Below, piece by piece: positions 21,044 through 30,207 of a stretch of DNA of 64,000 bases. The stretch is from Paenirhodobacter sp. (lineage in GTDB: Bacteria; Pseudomonadota; Alphaproteobacteria; Rhodobacterales; Rhodobacteraceae), in NCBI RefSeq assembly GCF_041916475.1, contig NZ_JAYRZN010000011.1:26053-90052 (forward strand), in the 5' to 3' direction. Below the pieces are notes generated by a model, which did not search any database, was not told where the DNA came from, and saw only the letters and a list, made by a program, of their open reading frames with translations. Position 1 is the first letter of the stretch. Each line of letters opens with the position of its first letter. The translations under genes were made by a program, and so were the position numbers.

Positions 21044-21736
21044 ATGCGCGACCGCCCGACGCTGCTGATCACCCGCCCGGAGGAGGGCGCCGCGCGCCTG
21101 GCCGCGGCGGCGCGGGCAAGGTTCGGCGCGGATTTTGCGCTGCTGATCGCGCCGCTGACCCGGATCGTGCCCACCGGCGCGGCGCTGCCCGAAGCGGATG
21201 TGCTGATCTTTACCTCGGAGCAGGCGGTGCGTTTCGCCGGGAATGGCCGGCCGGCCTATTGCGTGGGCGCGCGCACGGCGGTGGCCGCGCGGGCGGCAGG
21301 GTTTGTGGCGATCGAGGGGCCGGGAACGGCCGAGGGCCTCAGCGCGCTCATTCTCGCGCAGCATCCGGCCGGGCGGATCGTGCATGCGCGCGGGGCGGAG
21401 GCGGCGCTGCCGCTTGCGCAGGCCTTGGCCGCCGCCGGGCTGCCTGCGCAGGAGGCCATCATATACCGGCAGGAGAGCGCGGCGCTGAGCCCGGAGGCGG
21501 CGGCGCTGCTGCAGGGCGCGGGCCCGGTGCTGGTGCCGGTGTTTTCGGCGCGCGGGGCGGCGCGGTTTGCGGCGGCGGCGGATGCGCGGGCGCCGCTGTG
21601 GATCGCTGCGATTTCCGATGCCGCGGCGCAGCCTTGTGCCGCGCTGCGCCCCGCGCGGCTGGAGATTGCGGCGCGGCCGGATCTGGAGGGGGTTCTGGCG
21701 GCAATGTCGCGCTGTCTGGGCGATCTGCCGGGTTGA
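21044..21736 (+). CDS. hemD: Uroporphyrinogen-III synthase
   Basis: [25 protein letters not shown]; precedes mic60/hemY-like genes. Confidence 0.8.
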   Translation: MRDRPTLLITRPEEGAARLAAAARARFGADFALLIAPLTRIVPTGAALPEADVLIFTSEQAVRFAGNGRPAYCVGARTAVAARAAGFVAIEGPGTAEGLSALILAQHPAGRIVHARGAEAALPLAQALAAAGLPAQEAIIYRQESAALSPEAAALLQGAGPVLVPVFSARGAARFAAAADARAPLWIAAISDAAAQPCAALRPARLEIAARPDLEGVLAAMSRCLGDLPG

Positions 21737-21817
21737 GCCGGGGCAGGCCGCTCACTAGACTGCCCCGAAACGGATGGCGCGCCCGTGGGAAGCGGATGCG
21801 GGAATGGAGGAGTGGCT

Positions 21818-23122
21818 GTGGCAAAACGAGTGACCCAGAAGACCGACGCGGCAGCGCCCGAGGCGGCCGAGGAGACCGTGCCCGCGGTTGTGCCCGATGC
21901 GCCTCCGGAGGCGGTGAGCGCCGAAGCTTCCCTCCCGGAGCCCGAGGCCACGCCGGAGCCGGAGGAAGTGCCCGCGCCCGTCGTTGAGGAGCTGACGCCC
22001 GAAGACGTGGCGCCCGAAGACCCGCGGCCCGTGGATCCTCCCCGTGCCGAGCCCATGCTTGCGGCACAGCCGCCCCTGCCGGAGCCCCAGCCCGGCCCGG
22101 GCGCCGGATCGCTGATTTTGGGAGGCGTGGTCGCGGCCGTGATCGGGGCCGGTGCCGCGCTTTATGCGGTGCCGCTGCTGCCGCCGCAGCTTGCGGGCTG
22201 GGTGCAGGCGCCGCAGCCCGATACTGCCGGGATCAATTCTGTGGTCTCCGCGCAGGGCGCGCGGATCGACACGCTTGCCGCCACGATCGAATCGCTGAAA
22301 TCGGCCCCGCCGCAGGCGGCCGCGCCCTCGGGCCTGCAGGCCGCCATCGACGAGAGCGCCGCGAACCTGCGCAGCCTGCAGGAAGGCTTGCAGGCGCTCA
22401 CCGACCGCGTCGTGGCGCTGGAGACCCGCCCTGTGGCCCAGGCCGCGGAGACGGAGACGGGGCCCGGGCCGGATCTGGCCGCCCTGCGCGCGGATCTGGA
22501 GGCCTTGCGCGGGCGGGTGGATGGCCTCGGCAATGGCCAGCAGATCCAGGAACAGATTGCCGCTGCCGCAGCCCAGATGAAGGGCGAGGTGGAGGCGGCG
22601 CAGGGTCAGGCCGCGCAGATCGGCGCCTCGGTCGAGGCGGCGGCGAAGCGCAGCCTTGCGCAGGCGGCGGTGGCGCGGGTGGGCGCGGCGGTTCAGGCTG
22701 GCGCGCCGCTCGCTCCGGCGCTGGCCGATGCGGAGGCCGCGGGGCTGAGCGTGCCCGCGGCGCTGCGCGCCGATGTGCCGAGCCTGCTGTCCTTGCAGAC
22801 CTCCTTCCCGGAGGCGGCGCGCCCGGCGCTGAAGGCCGCGCGCAAGGCCGTCGCAGGGAGCGGTATCGGCGAGCGTCTGGGCGCCTTCCTGATCGCACAG
22901 ACCGGCGCGCGCTCGCTGACCCCGCATGAGGGCACGGACCCGGATGCGGTGATGTCGCGCGCGCAGGCGGCGGTGGATGCGGGCGATCTCGCGCGCGCGC
23001 TGCAGGAGCTGGGCGGGTTGCCGGAGGCGGGCCAGGCGATGATGTCGGGCTGGATCACCGGCGCGCAGAAGCGCATCGCCGCAGCCGATGCGGTGGCCGA
23101 ACTTGCGCAATCCGTAAAGTGA
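21818..23122 (+). CDS. Mitofilin/Mic60-like (COG4223) membrane-anchored coiled-coil protein
   Basis: Pro/Glu-rich N-terminus, single TM, long coiled coil, C-terminal RSLTPHEGTDPDAVMSRA...G.L..AL.EL..LP; position between hemD and hemY-like gene. Confidence 0.7.
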   Translation: MAKRVTQKTDAAAPEAAEETVPAVVPDAPPEAVSAEASLPEPEATPEPEEVPAPVVEELTPEDVAPEDPRPVDPPRAEPMLAAQPPLPEPQPGPGAGSLILGGVVAAVIGAGAALYAVPLLPPQLAGWVQAPQPDTAGINSVVSAQGARIDTLAATIESLKSAPPQAAAPSGLQAAIDESAANLRSLQEGLQALTDRVVALETRPVAQAAETETGPGPDLAALRADLEALRGRVDGLGNGQQIQEQIAAAAAQMKGEVEAAQGQAAQIGASVEAAAKRSLAQAAVARVGAAVQAGAPLAPALADAEAAGLSVPAALRADVPSLLSLQTSFPEAARPALKAARKAVAGSGIGERLGAFLIAQTGARSLTPHEGTDPDAVMSRAQAAVDAGDLARALQELGGLPEAGQAMMSGWITGAQKRIAAADAVAELAQSVK

Positions 23123-23132
23123 GGGGGCGGCG

Positions 23133-24578
23133 ATGATCTGGTCCTTCGTCAAGGTTGCGCTGTTTCTGGCGCTGGTGGCGGTGCTGGCGCTGGTGGGCGC
23201 GCATCTGGCCGATAGTGCGCGCGGGCTGCGGCTCATTTTTGCGGGCACGGAATATACGCTGCGCCCGCTGCCTGCGGTGATTCTGGCGCTGCTGCTGGTG
23301 GGCGCGGTGTGGCTCGCGATCCGGCTTCTGGGCCTCGGGATGGCGTTCGTGCGCTTCCTGACCGGGGATGAAACCGCGATCAGCCGCTATTTCGACCGCA
23401 ACCGCGAGCGCAAGGGCTATGAGGCGCTGGCGGAGGGGATGCTGGCGGTGGCCTCCGGCGAGGGCAAGCTCGCGCTTTCGAAGGCTGCGCGGGCGGAGCG
23501 GTTCCTGCACCGCCCGGAGCTGACCAACCTGCTCTCGGCGCAGGCGGCCGAGCTGGCCGGGGACCGCAGGAAGGCCGAAGAGGTGTATCGCAAGCTGCTG
23601 GGCGATGACCGCACCCGGTTCGTGGGGATCCGCGGCCTGATGCGGCAGAAGCTGGACGAGGGCGACACCGATACCGCGCTGAAGCTCGCCGAGAAGGCCT
23701 ATGCGCTGAAGCCCGGCCATGTCGAGGTGCAGGACACGCTGATGCGGCTGCAGGCGGGCCAAGGCGACTGGAAGGGCGCGCGCGAGGTGCTGAAGGCCAA
23801 GCGTTGGCAGGGGCTGCTGCCGAAGGACGTGCACAAGCGCCGCGATGCGGTGATGGCGCTGCAGGAGGCCAAGGGCGTGTTCGAGGAAGGCGCCACGATC
23901 GAGGCCCGCGAGGCGGTGATCGCTGCGAACAAGGCCTCGCCGGATTTGATCCCGGCTGCGGTGCTGGCGACGCGGGCCTATATCGCGGAGGGCAAGCCCA
24001 AGCATGCGGCGCGGGTGGCGCTGAAGGCCTGGGAGGCGCAGCCGCATCCCGAGCTGGCGGCGGCCTATGCCGCGATTGTGCCCGATGAGGCGGCCGAGCC
24101 GCGGCTGAAGCGGTTCGAGAAGCTGCTCGCGCTGCGGCCCGACCACGAGGAGACGCACCTTCTGCGGACGGAGCTGAACATCGCCGCGGAGGATTTCCCG
24201 GCGGCGCGGCGTGCTTTGGGAGACCTGCCCGAACGCCATCCGACGGCGCGGGTGCTGACGCTGCTTGCCGCAATCGAACGTGGTGAGGGCGCCGATGATG
24301 CGGTGGTGCGCGGCTGGCTGGCGCGGGCGCTGACGGCGCCGCGCGGGCCGCAATGGTGCTGCGACAAGTGCCAGAACATTCAGGCGGAATGGGCACCGGT
24401 CTGCGACAATTGCGGCGGCTTCGACACGCTCAGCTGGCGCGAGCCGGTGCAGGGCACGGTGCCGCTGCCGAACGGGGCGGAGATGCTGCCGCTGATCGTC
24501 GGCGCGCCGCGCGCGGCCCCGGAGTGGAGCGCGCCCGCCCCGGACGCGGGCGCGGAAACCGCGAAGGGCGAAAAATAG
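23133..24578 (+). CDS. HemY_N/TPR membrane protein (Orf52-like) with C-terminal CxxC-x11-CxxC
   Basis: Two N-terminal TMs, helical repeats, WCCDKCQNIQAEWAPVCDNCGGFDTL. Confidence 0.8.
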   Translation: MIWSFVKVALFLALVAVLALVGAHLADSARGLRLIFAGTEYTLRPLPAVILALLLVGAVWLAIRLLGLGMAFVRFLTGDETAISRYFDRNRERKGYEALAEGMLAVASGEGKLALSKAARAERFLHRPELTNLLSAQAAELAGDRRKAEEVYRKLLGDDRTRFVGIRGLMRQKLDEGDTDTALKLAEKAYALKPGHVEVQDTLMRLQAGQGDWKGAREVLKAKRWQGLLPKDVHKRRDAVMALQEAKGVFEEGATIEAREAVIAANKASPDLIPAAVLATRAYIAEGKPKHAARVALKAWEAQPHPELAAAYAAIVPDEAAEPRLKRFEKLLALRPDHEETHLLRTELNIAAEDFPAARRALGDLPERHPTARVLTLLAAIERGEGADDAVVRGWLARALTAPRGPQWCCDKCQNIQAEWAPVCDNCGGFDTLSWREPVQGTVPLPNGAEMLPLIVGAPRAAPEWSAPAPDAGAETAKGEK

Positions 24579-24620
24579 GGCTACACATCGCGGCGCGGGC
24601 ATGCTAACTGCCCGCGCAAG

Positions 24621-24696
24621 GCCGGTGTAGCTCAGCTGGTAGAGCACGTCATTCGTAATGATGGGGTCGGGGGTTCGAGTCCCTTCACCGGCACCA
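24621..24696 (+). tRNA. tRNA-Thr(CGT)
   Basis: Acceptor stem GCCGGTG/CACCGGC, D arm AGCTCAGCTGGTAGAGC, anticodon loop TTCGTAA, GTTCGAGTC, encoded CCA. Confidence 0.97.
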
Positions 24697-24724
24697 GTAA
24701 CTTACTGGAATCCCAGCACAAAAT

Positions 24725-24748
24725 GGCCGCCCTTCGGGGCGGCCTTTT
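24725..24748 (+). terminator. Intrinsic terminator after tRNA-Thr
   Basis: GGCCGCCC-TTCG-GGGCGGCC followed by TTTT. Confidence 0.85.
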
Positions 24749-24795
24749 GCTTTGGAAAGGTCATGGGACCTTGGCGGGGCGAGAACATAGACAGC

Positions 24796-24913
24796 GGGGT
24801 CCGTGGTCTCCATCTCCATTGATATCGGGCTCCTTACGGTATTCGGGCGCCGTAAGGAGGCCAGGCCGATGAGCAGCCTATACTGGCTGTCCGCGGCCCG
24901 AATGGAGCGCCTG
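24796..24913 (+). pseudogene. IS5-family (IS427-like) left-end remnant with the first 15 transposase codons
   Basis: ATG at 24869 gives MSSLYWLSAARMERL, like the recalled MS(N/D)LFWLTDAQMARL N-terminus; unrelated sequence and a stop follow. Confidence 0.55.
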
Positions 24914-25068
24914 AATGTGGCGGCTTACCGGCTTTGGCGGTGAACTTTTTGCCGGCACCGTTTCTTGGCACCAACGGTATCTCGGGCGACAGATGCGGGA
25001 TTTGAGCAGGGTATTGAGAGCAAAGCTGCTGTGGCGGTGATATTCGTCCAGGCAAGCGGGAGGGATGC

Positions 25069-25860
25069 ATGATGCGCAAAATTTTCGACGATATGGCTCG
25101 GATGTCTGTGCGTTATAACGACCTTTATATACTAGGGCGCAGCATCGAAGGCTATTTCTCCAAGTATTGTGAAGCCCTTGGCATCTTATCTGACCTGGAT
25201 GGTTACCCACTGTTCGTCCGCGGCTCCGCGACGCTCATCAAATATCGGGGGCGGTACTTCATGGCCTGCACGAGGCATCAGGTGAAGGACATATCTGCGC
25301 GCGAAGATGTCTGCCTGATGTTGCCGCACGATGGGAAGTTAAACTGCATCACCTCTGGCGGCGCTATTTCGTACGACAAGAGCAAGAATGCGGGCGATCA
25401 CCATGATGTTGTGCTCTTCGATTTCACCGATCCGGTTATGGACATGCCAGAGCTAGAGCACATGTTCCTCGATTTTCGGGGCCAGAACCCTGACGTACCG
25501 AGTGATCATGTCGTTGCTGTCGTCACCTATGGTTACCCCAGCGGGAAGACTAAACTCGACTATGATGACCGCAAGCTGCGAATGTTGAAGGAGAAAGTCG
25601 TCTGTCGGTATGCGGGGCAAGGCCACGATGATGCCCTTCACACAATTGCACCCATCGTTCCGATGAATTTCAAATCTGATGGAATGAGCGGGGGTCCGGC
25701 ATCTACCATTATTCGAGAAGGTGAGGGTTTGACTATCCATCTGGTGGGCATCATTGCCCGCGCAGGCCGCGAACAGATGCGGATTATCAAGGCCGGTGCC
25801 CTGCAGATGATGATGGAGGAGCGGAGGCGCTTGAGGCCGCGGCCCGCAATTGATCTTTGA
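25069..25860 (+). CDS. Hypothetical cytoplasmic trypsin/chymotrypsin-like serine protease, lower GC than flanks
   Basis: GSATLI..CTRH (His 25276-78), HDVVLF (Asp 25405-07), YGYP, DGMSGGP (Ser 25687-89), LVGII; GGGAGG RBS. Confidence 0.65.
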   Translation: MMRKIFDDMARMSVRYNDLYILGRSIEGYFSKYCEALGILSDLDGYPLFVRGSATLIKYRGRYFMACTRHQVKDISAREDVCLMLPHDGKLNCITSGGAISYDKSKNAGDHHDVVLFDFTDPVMDMPELEHMFLDFRGQNPDVPSDHVVAVVTYGYPSGKTKLDYDDRKLRMLKEKVVCRYAGQGHDDALHTIAPIVPMNFKSDGMSGGPASTIIREGEGLTIHLVGIIARAGREQMRIIKAGALQMMMEERRRLRPRPAIDL

Positions 25861-25871
25861 TGGCTTTGTGC

Positions 25872-25964
25872 GCGCTGCGCGTAGAGATCGGCCATGTTCG
25901 GATGCAGCAGAGGAGGCGGCACGTCAGCATTGTCGAGTTTGTACGCGAGATCCGGCTTCCTCCT
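25872..25964 (-). pseudogene. Fragment resembling the C-terminal region of a large serine recombinase
   Basis: RRKPDLAYKLDNADVPPPLLHPNMADLYAQR; PPPLLHPNMA..Y recalled from alphaproteobacterial recombinase-family proteins; ends where the IS3 begins. Confidence 0.5.
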
Positions 25965-27181
25965 TACATTGCGCCGTCCACCTGATCCGGTTTGAGGCAG
26001 TCTCAGGCCGAACCGCAAGGACCAGAGATGCAGCGCGGCGGGTTCACCGAAGACCCGATCATCGGCATTTTGAAGGAGCATGAGGCCGGGGTTTTTGTTG
26101 CCGATCTTGCCGCAAGCACGGCGTCAGCGCCGCGACCGGCTACAAATGGAAAGCCAAATATGGCGGCAGGGACGTCAGCGCGGCGAAGCGGCTGAAGGGC
26201 CTCGAGGACGAGAACGCGCGCCTGAAGCGGATGCCATGCTCGACACTGCTGCGCTGAAAGATCCCCTCGCAAAAAAGCTAGCGCGCGGCGCGAAGCGGCA
26301 AACGATCGCGCATCTGGTGGAGGGCCACGGGATGAGCGCGCGGCGGGCGTGCCGTGTGATCGGCTGTTGCCGGGAGACCGTGCGCTATGGGGTTGTCCGT
26401 CAGGATGACCCTGTGCTGCGCGCGCGGCTGAAGGAACTGGCCAAAGTCCGACGCCGGTTCGGCTATCGTCGGCTGCATGTGGTTCTTCGGCGCGCGGGCC
26501 TTGATCCCGATCACAAGCACCTGTTTCGCATCTGCCGTGGAGAGCAGGAGCCGGGGTGGGCGCAGGCGCGCCCTGGGCACACGGCCCCCGATGGGGCTGC
26601 CGCTGATACCGAACCGGCGCTGGTCATTGGATTCTGTGGCGGACCAACCGACGGATGGCCGTCGGTTCCGGATCATGACTGTGGTCGATGGCTGCCCCCG
26701 GGAATGCCGCGCCCTGATCGCCGGCACCTCGTTGTCGGGGGGGCGCGTGAATTGGCAGCCTTGTTCGATGCCCGCGGCAAAAGTGGTCAGCGATAGCGGG
26801 ACCGCGTTCCCCTCGAACGCGGTCCTGAAGTTCGTGGAGAATCGCAAGTTTGAGTGGCACGATATTGCCCCCGGAAGGCCGATCCGGAATGCCTTCATCG
26901 AGAGCTTCAGCGCTCGTCTGCGTGCCGAGCTGTTGAATGCGGCCCTGCTCCCGTCGCGGCACCATGCCCGCGTCACGCTGGCCGTCTGGCACACCGACGA
27001 CAACACAAAACGCCCCCACGCCCGCCCAGGTTGGCAGACGCCGGCCGCCTTCACCCCGCAACGGGGCCTGACGCTGCGCAAACCACGAAGCTCCGCGACA
27101 GCCCCCGTGGCCCACCCCGCCCACATCGGCAAAGCTCACACGCGCAGGCTCGCGCACGCTGGATAAAAGTGGGCAACGTCA
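25964..27181 (+). mobile_element. Degenerate IS3-family (IS407-like) element; orfA/orfB broken by several frameshifts
   Basis: orfA from 26028 MQRGGFTEDPIIGILKEHEAG..YKWKAKYGG; A6G slippery site 26271-26277; orfB RRRFGYRRL, WSLD, IESFSARLR.E.LN; right end GCTGGATAAAAGTGGGCAACGTCA ends at 27181; left end degenerate and approximate. Confidence 0.88.
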
Positions 27182-27406
27182 CAGTCTGGCCTGCTGCGCG
27201 CGACAGGGGTGGGGGCCCCGAAGACCTGGTGCCGAGAGATGTATCACTGTGAACCGCTGCGTGCCCTCCGCATCAGCCGCGGGCGCGCCTTTGATCCTGC
27301 CCGCACAGGCATAACCCGGACGGATTGCTGACCGGCGGCTGCCTCTGCGATATCCGCTCTTCGGGCGCAACTGTCACGTGCCAGCGCCTCACGACTGTGC
27401 TGGCTG

Positions 27407-28108
27407 TCAGCTCCAGCTGACGTCGCCGAGAAAGATATAGCCTGCGCCATAGATCGTCTTGATCAGGCGCGGGTTCTTCGGATCCTCGCCAAGCTTCGTG
27501 CGCAGCCGCGAAATCCGCACATCCATGGCCCGGTCGAAGCTCTCGCCCGCCACCCCGCCAAGCGATTGTTGCATCTGCGCGCGGGTGATCAGCCGGTTCG
27601 GCGCCTCCAGGAACAGCCGCAGCACCTCGCCCTCGGCATGGCTGAACGGGCTTTCGCCGCCATTGGCATCGACGAGCACATAGCGGTCGAAATGCGCGCG
27701 CATGCCGGCGAAATGCGCGACCTGCTGGGCGGGTGCCTCGGCGCGGGGCTTGCGCAGCCGGGCGCGGATCCGCGCCACCACTTCGGCCGGGTCGAAGGGC
27801 TTGATGATGTAATCGTCGGCGCCGAGCTCCAGCCCCGTCACCCGGTCCTGCACCTGCGCGCGGCCGGAGATGATGATGATCGCCGCGCCCGATTCCAGCG
27901 CCAGCCGGTGCACCAGCGCCAGCCCGTCACGGTCCGGCAGGCCCAGATCCACCAGGCACACATCGGGCTGGCTGCGCTTCAGCCCCGCCTCGAATTCGGT
28001 CGCGCGGGCATAGGCTGTGGTGCGGAACCCGGCCTCCTGCAGCGCATCCGACAGCATCCGGCGGATCTCGGGCTCGTCATCGAGGATCGCGACATGGGGT
28101 TGGGTCAT
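27407..28108 (-). CDS. OmpR-family response regulator
   Basis: REC (LDDE, VDLGLPDRDG, KPF) plus winged helix (DVRISRLR, IKTIYGAGY). Confidence 0.95.
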   Translation of the reverse strand: MTQPHVAILDDEPEIRRMLSDALQEAGFRTTAYARATEFEAGLKRSQPDVCLVDLGLPDRDGLALVHRLALESGAAIIIISGRAQVQDRVTGLELGADDYIIKPFDPAEVVARIRARLRKPRAEAPAQQVAHFAGMRAHFDRYVLVDANGGESPFSHAEGEVLRLFLEAPNRLITRAQMQQSLGGVAGESFDRAMDVRISRLRTKLGEDPKNPRLIKTIYGAGYIFLGDVSWS

Positions 28109-30006
28109 CGTCCGGCTCCGGCAATCAGGGCGGAGAGCTCCGCGGCGGTGAAGGGCTTGTGCAGCACCGGGCAGGGCGCCTGCGCGCGCATCGGGTCGCC
28201 CGGCGGCAGCGAGGTCATCAGCACGGATGGCATGCCCTCGGGCAGGCCGCGCAGGAGATCGAGCCCGGTCGCGCGGCCGAGCTGGATATCGGAGAGGACG
28301 AAGCCGATCGCGGGCCCCATGCCGGGCAGCGCGATGAGCGTGAGCGCCTCCTCGACCGAAGCCGCCTCGATCACGCTGTGGCCGAGGCTGCGCAGCATTT
28401 CGCGCACCTCGGCGCGGATATCGCCATTGTCCTCGACCAACAGCACCAGCAGCGGCTCCGCCCGCACCTGCGCGAGCCGGAGCGGCAGCCGCAGCGCCAC
28501 GCGCGCGCCCTCGTCGGTGTTGCGCAGCCTGACCGAGCCGCCCGCGATCTTGGTCTGGTCGTAGACCATGGAGAGGCCGAGGCCGGAGCCCTCGCCGCCC
28601 TTGGTGGTGAAGAACGGGTCGAGCGCGCGCTCCAGCGCCTCCTCGGAGAACCCCGGCCCGCTGTCCGATACGGTGATCTGGACCCAGGTGTCGCGTACGG
28701 CATGGGCCTCGATCCGGATCGTGCCGCCGCCCGGGCCCATCGCGTCGCGCGCGTTCAGGAGCAGGTTCAGCAGGCTGTCCTGCAAGGGCCCCGGATCGAG
28801 CAGAACCGGCGCATCGAGCCCGCCGACGAAGGTCTCGAGCCGCACGTTCGGGCCCAGGGCCGGCAGCGCCATCGCGGCGATATCCTCGATCAGGGGCCGC
28901 ATTTCCACCGCCTGCGGGCGCAGCTCGCGCTTGCCGGAAATGGCGGCGATCCGATCGAGGAGCGTGCCCCCGCGCCGCGCTGCGGCCAGCGTCGCGCGGA
29001 CGGTGTCGATCACTTCGGGCGGCAGGTCCGCGCGCCGCTCGATCCGGCCCTGCAGGCCGAGAATCACGGTCAGCAAGTTGGCGAAATCATGCGCGAGGCC
29101 GGAGGTGAGCTGGGTTGCCAGTTCGCGCTTCGCCGTCTGGGTGATGGCGGCGCGGGCCTGCGATTCATGGGTGACATCGGTGGAGAGCACATAGACCCCG
29201 CCCTCGGGCGCGAGATCGGGGGTCAGCGCGATGCGTACCCGCCGCCCCGAAGGGGTATGGCTGATCTCGAACACCTGCGCCGCGCCGGCGAGCGCCTTTT
29301 CCAGATAGGGGCGGATCTTCTTGGCGGTGTCGTGCCCCAGGGCCTGGGCCATGGTGCGCCCGACCGGATCGGCCTGCGAGCCGGGCATCACCGCCGTCAC
29401 CCGCCGGTTCGAAAACGTATAGACCAGATCGCGGCCGATATGGGCGATATGGGCGGGCATCATTTCCGTCACCTGCCGGGTGCGGGCCTCGATCGCGGTC
29501 AGCTCGCGCTTGGCTTCCTCCAGCGCGGAGATGGTGGCGGCGAGCGCGCGGTTCGCGGCGGCCAGCCGCTCCGCATGGGTCAGCAGCTGGCCCGAGAGCT
29601 CCTCCGAACGCGCCCGCAGCAGCGTCTCCTGCGTCTTGATCGCGGTGATGTCAGTATAGACGGTGACCCAGCCGCCCTGCGGCAGCGGCGCGCCTTCCAC
29701 GGAAATGGTGCGGCCATTGGCGCGCAGGCGCTCCATGTAATGCGGCTCGAAGGCGCGCGCGGCCTCCACCCGGCTGCGCACCGCCTCCTCCAGATCGTCC
29801 ACCGCGCCATATTCGCCGCGGGTAACCAGATAGCGGATCGTTTCCTCGAAGGAGGTGCCGGGCCGGATCAGCGCGTCGGGCAGATCGAACATCAGCTGGT
29901 ATGGCCGGTTCGAGACCGCGAGCCGCAGCTCGCTGTCGAAGATCGACAGGGCCTGCCCGATCAGGTTCAGCCCCGCCTGTGTCAGCCGTTCGCGCTCGTC
30001 GTTCAT
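28105..30006 (-). CDS. Cytoplasmic PAS-PAS hybrid histidine kinase with C-terminal receiver
   Basis: Two PAS-like domains, LAHDFANLL H-box, NLLLNARDA, DSGPG, FFTTK, G.GLGL, C-terminal REC; no TM segment seen. Confidence 0.92.
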   Translation of the reverse strand: MNDERERLTQAGLNLIGQALSIFDSELRLAVSNRPYQLMFDLPDALIRPGTSFEETIRYLVTRGEYGAVDDLEEAVRSRVEAARAFEPHYMERLRANGRTISVEGAPLPQGGWVTVYTDITAIKTQETLLRARSEELSGQLLTHAERLAAANRALAATISALEEAKRELTAIEARTRQVTEMMPAHIAHIGRDLVYTFSNRRVTAVMPGSQADPVGRTMAQALGHDTAKKIRPYLEKALAGAAQVFEISHTPSGRRVRIALTPDLAPEGGVYVLSTDVTHESQARAAITQTAKRELATQLTSGLAHDFANLLTVILGLQGRIERRADLPPEVIDTVRATLAAARRGGTLLDRIAAISGKRELRPQAVEMRPLIEDIAAMALPALGPNVRLETFVGGLDAPVLLDPGPLQDSLLNLLLNARDAMGPGGGTIRIEAHAVRDTWVQITVSDSGPGFSEEALERALDPFFTTKGGEGSGLGLSMVYDQTKIAGGSVRLRNTDEGARVALRLPLRLAQVRAEPLLVLLVEDNGDIRAEVREMLRSLGHSVIEAASVEEALTLIALPGMGPAIGFVLSDIQLGRATGLDLLRGLPEGMPSVLMTSLPPGDPMRAQAPCPVLHKPFTAAELSALIAGAGR

Positions 30007-30080
30007 CACATTCTCCCCAGCGAATGGGTAGCACCCCGCGCCCGGCGCGCAAAGCCTCGATCCCGCCATTCGCGGCCGGA

Positions 30081-30121
30081 AAGAATTCGTAAGATTCCGG
30101 AAAAACTCCGGCAAAACTCCG
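30081..30121. promoter_or_regulatory. Four tandem 9-bp direct repeats at 10-11 bp spacing (probable OmpR-type binding array)
   Basis: AAGAATTCG (30081), AAGATTCCG (30091), AAAACTCCG (30102), AAAACTCCG (30113). Confidence 0.55.
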
Positions 30122-30207
30122 CCGTCAGCTTGCCCGGAGAGCAGCCAAGGGAAGAGGAGCCCGCGGCCGCGCAGGGGCGCCGGGCCATCCGGCACGAGGG
30201 AGGACAC

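Noticed and set aside
24676-27406. attR copy of the tRNA-Thr 3' end bounding the islet
   Set aside because: No repeat of CCCTTCACCGGCACCA found downstream by eye; no intact integrase.
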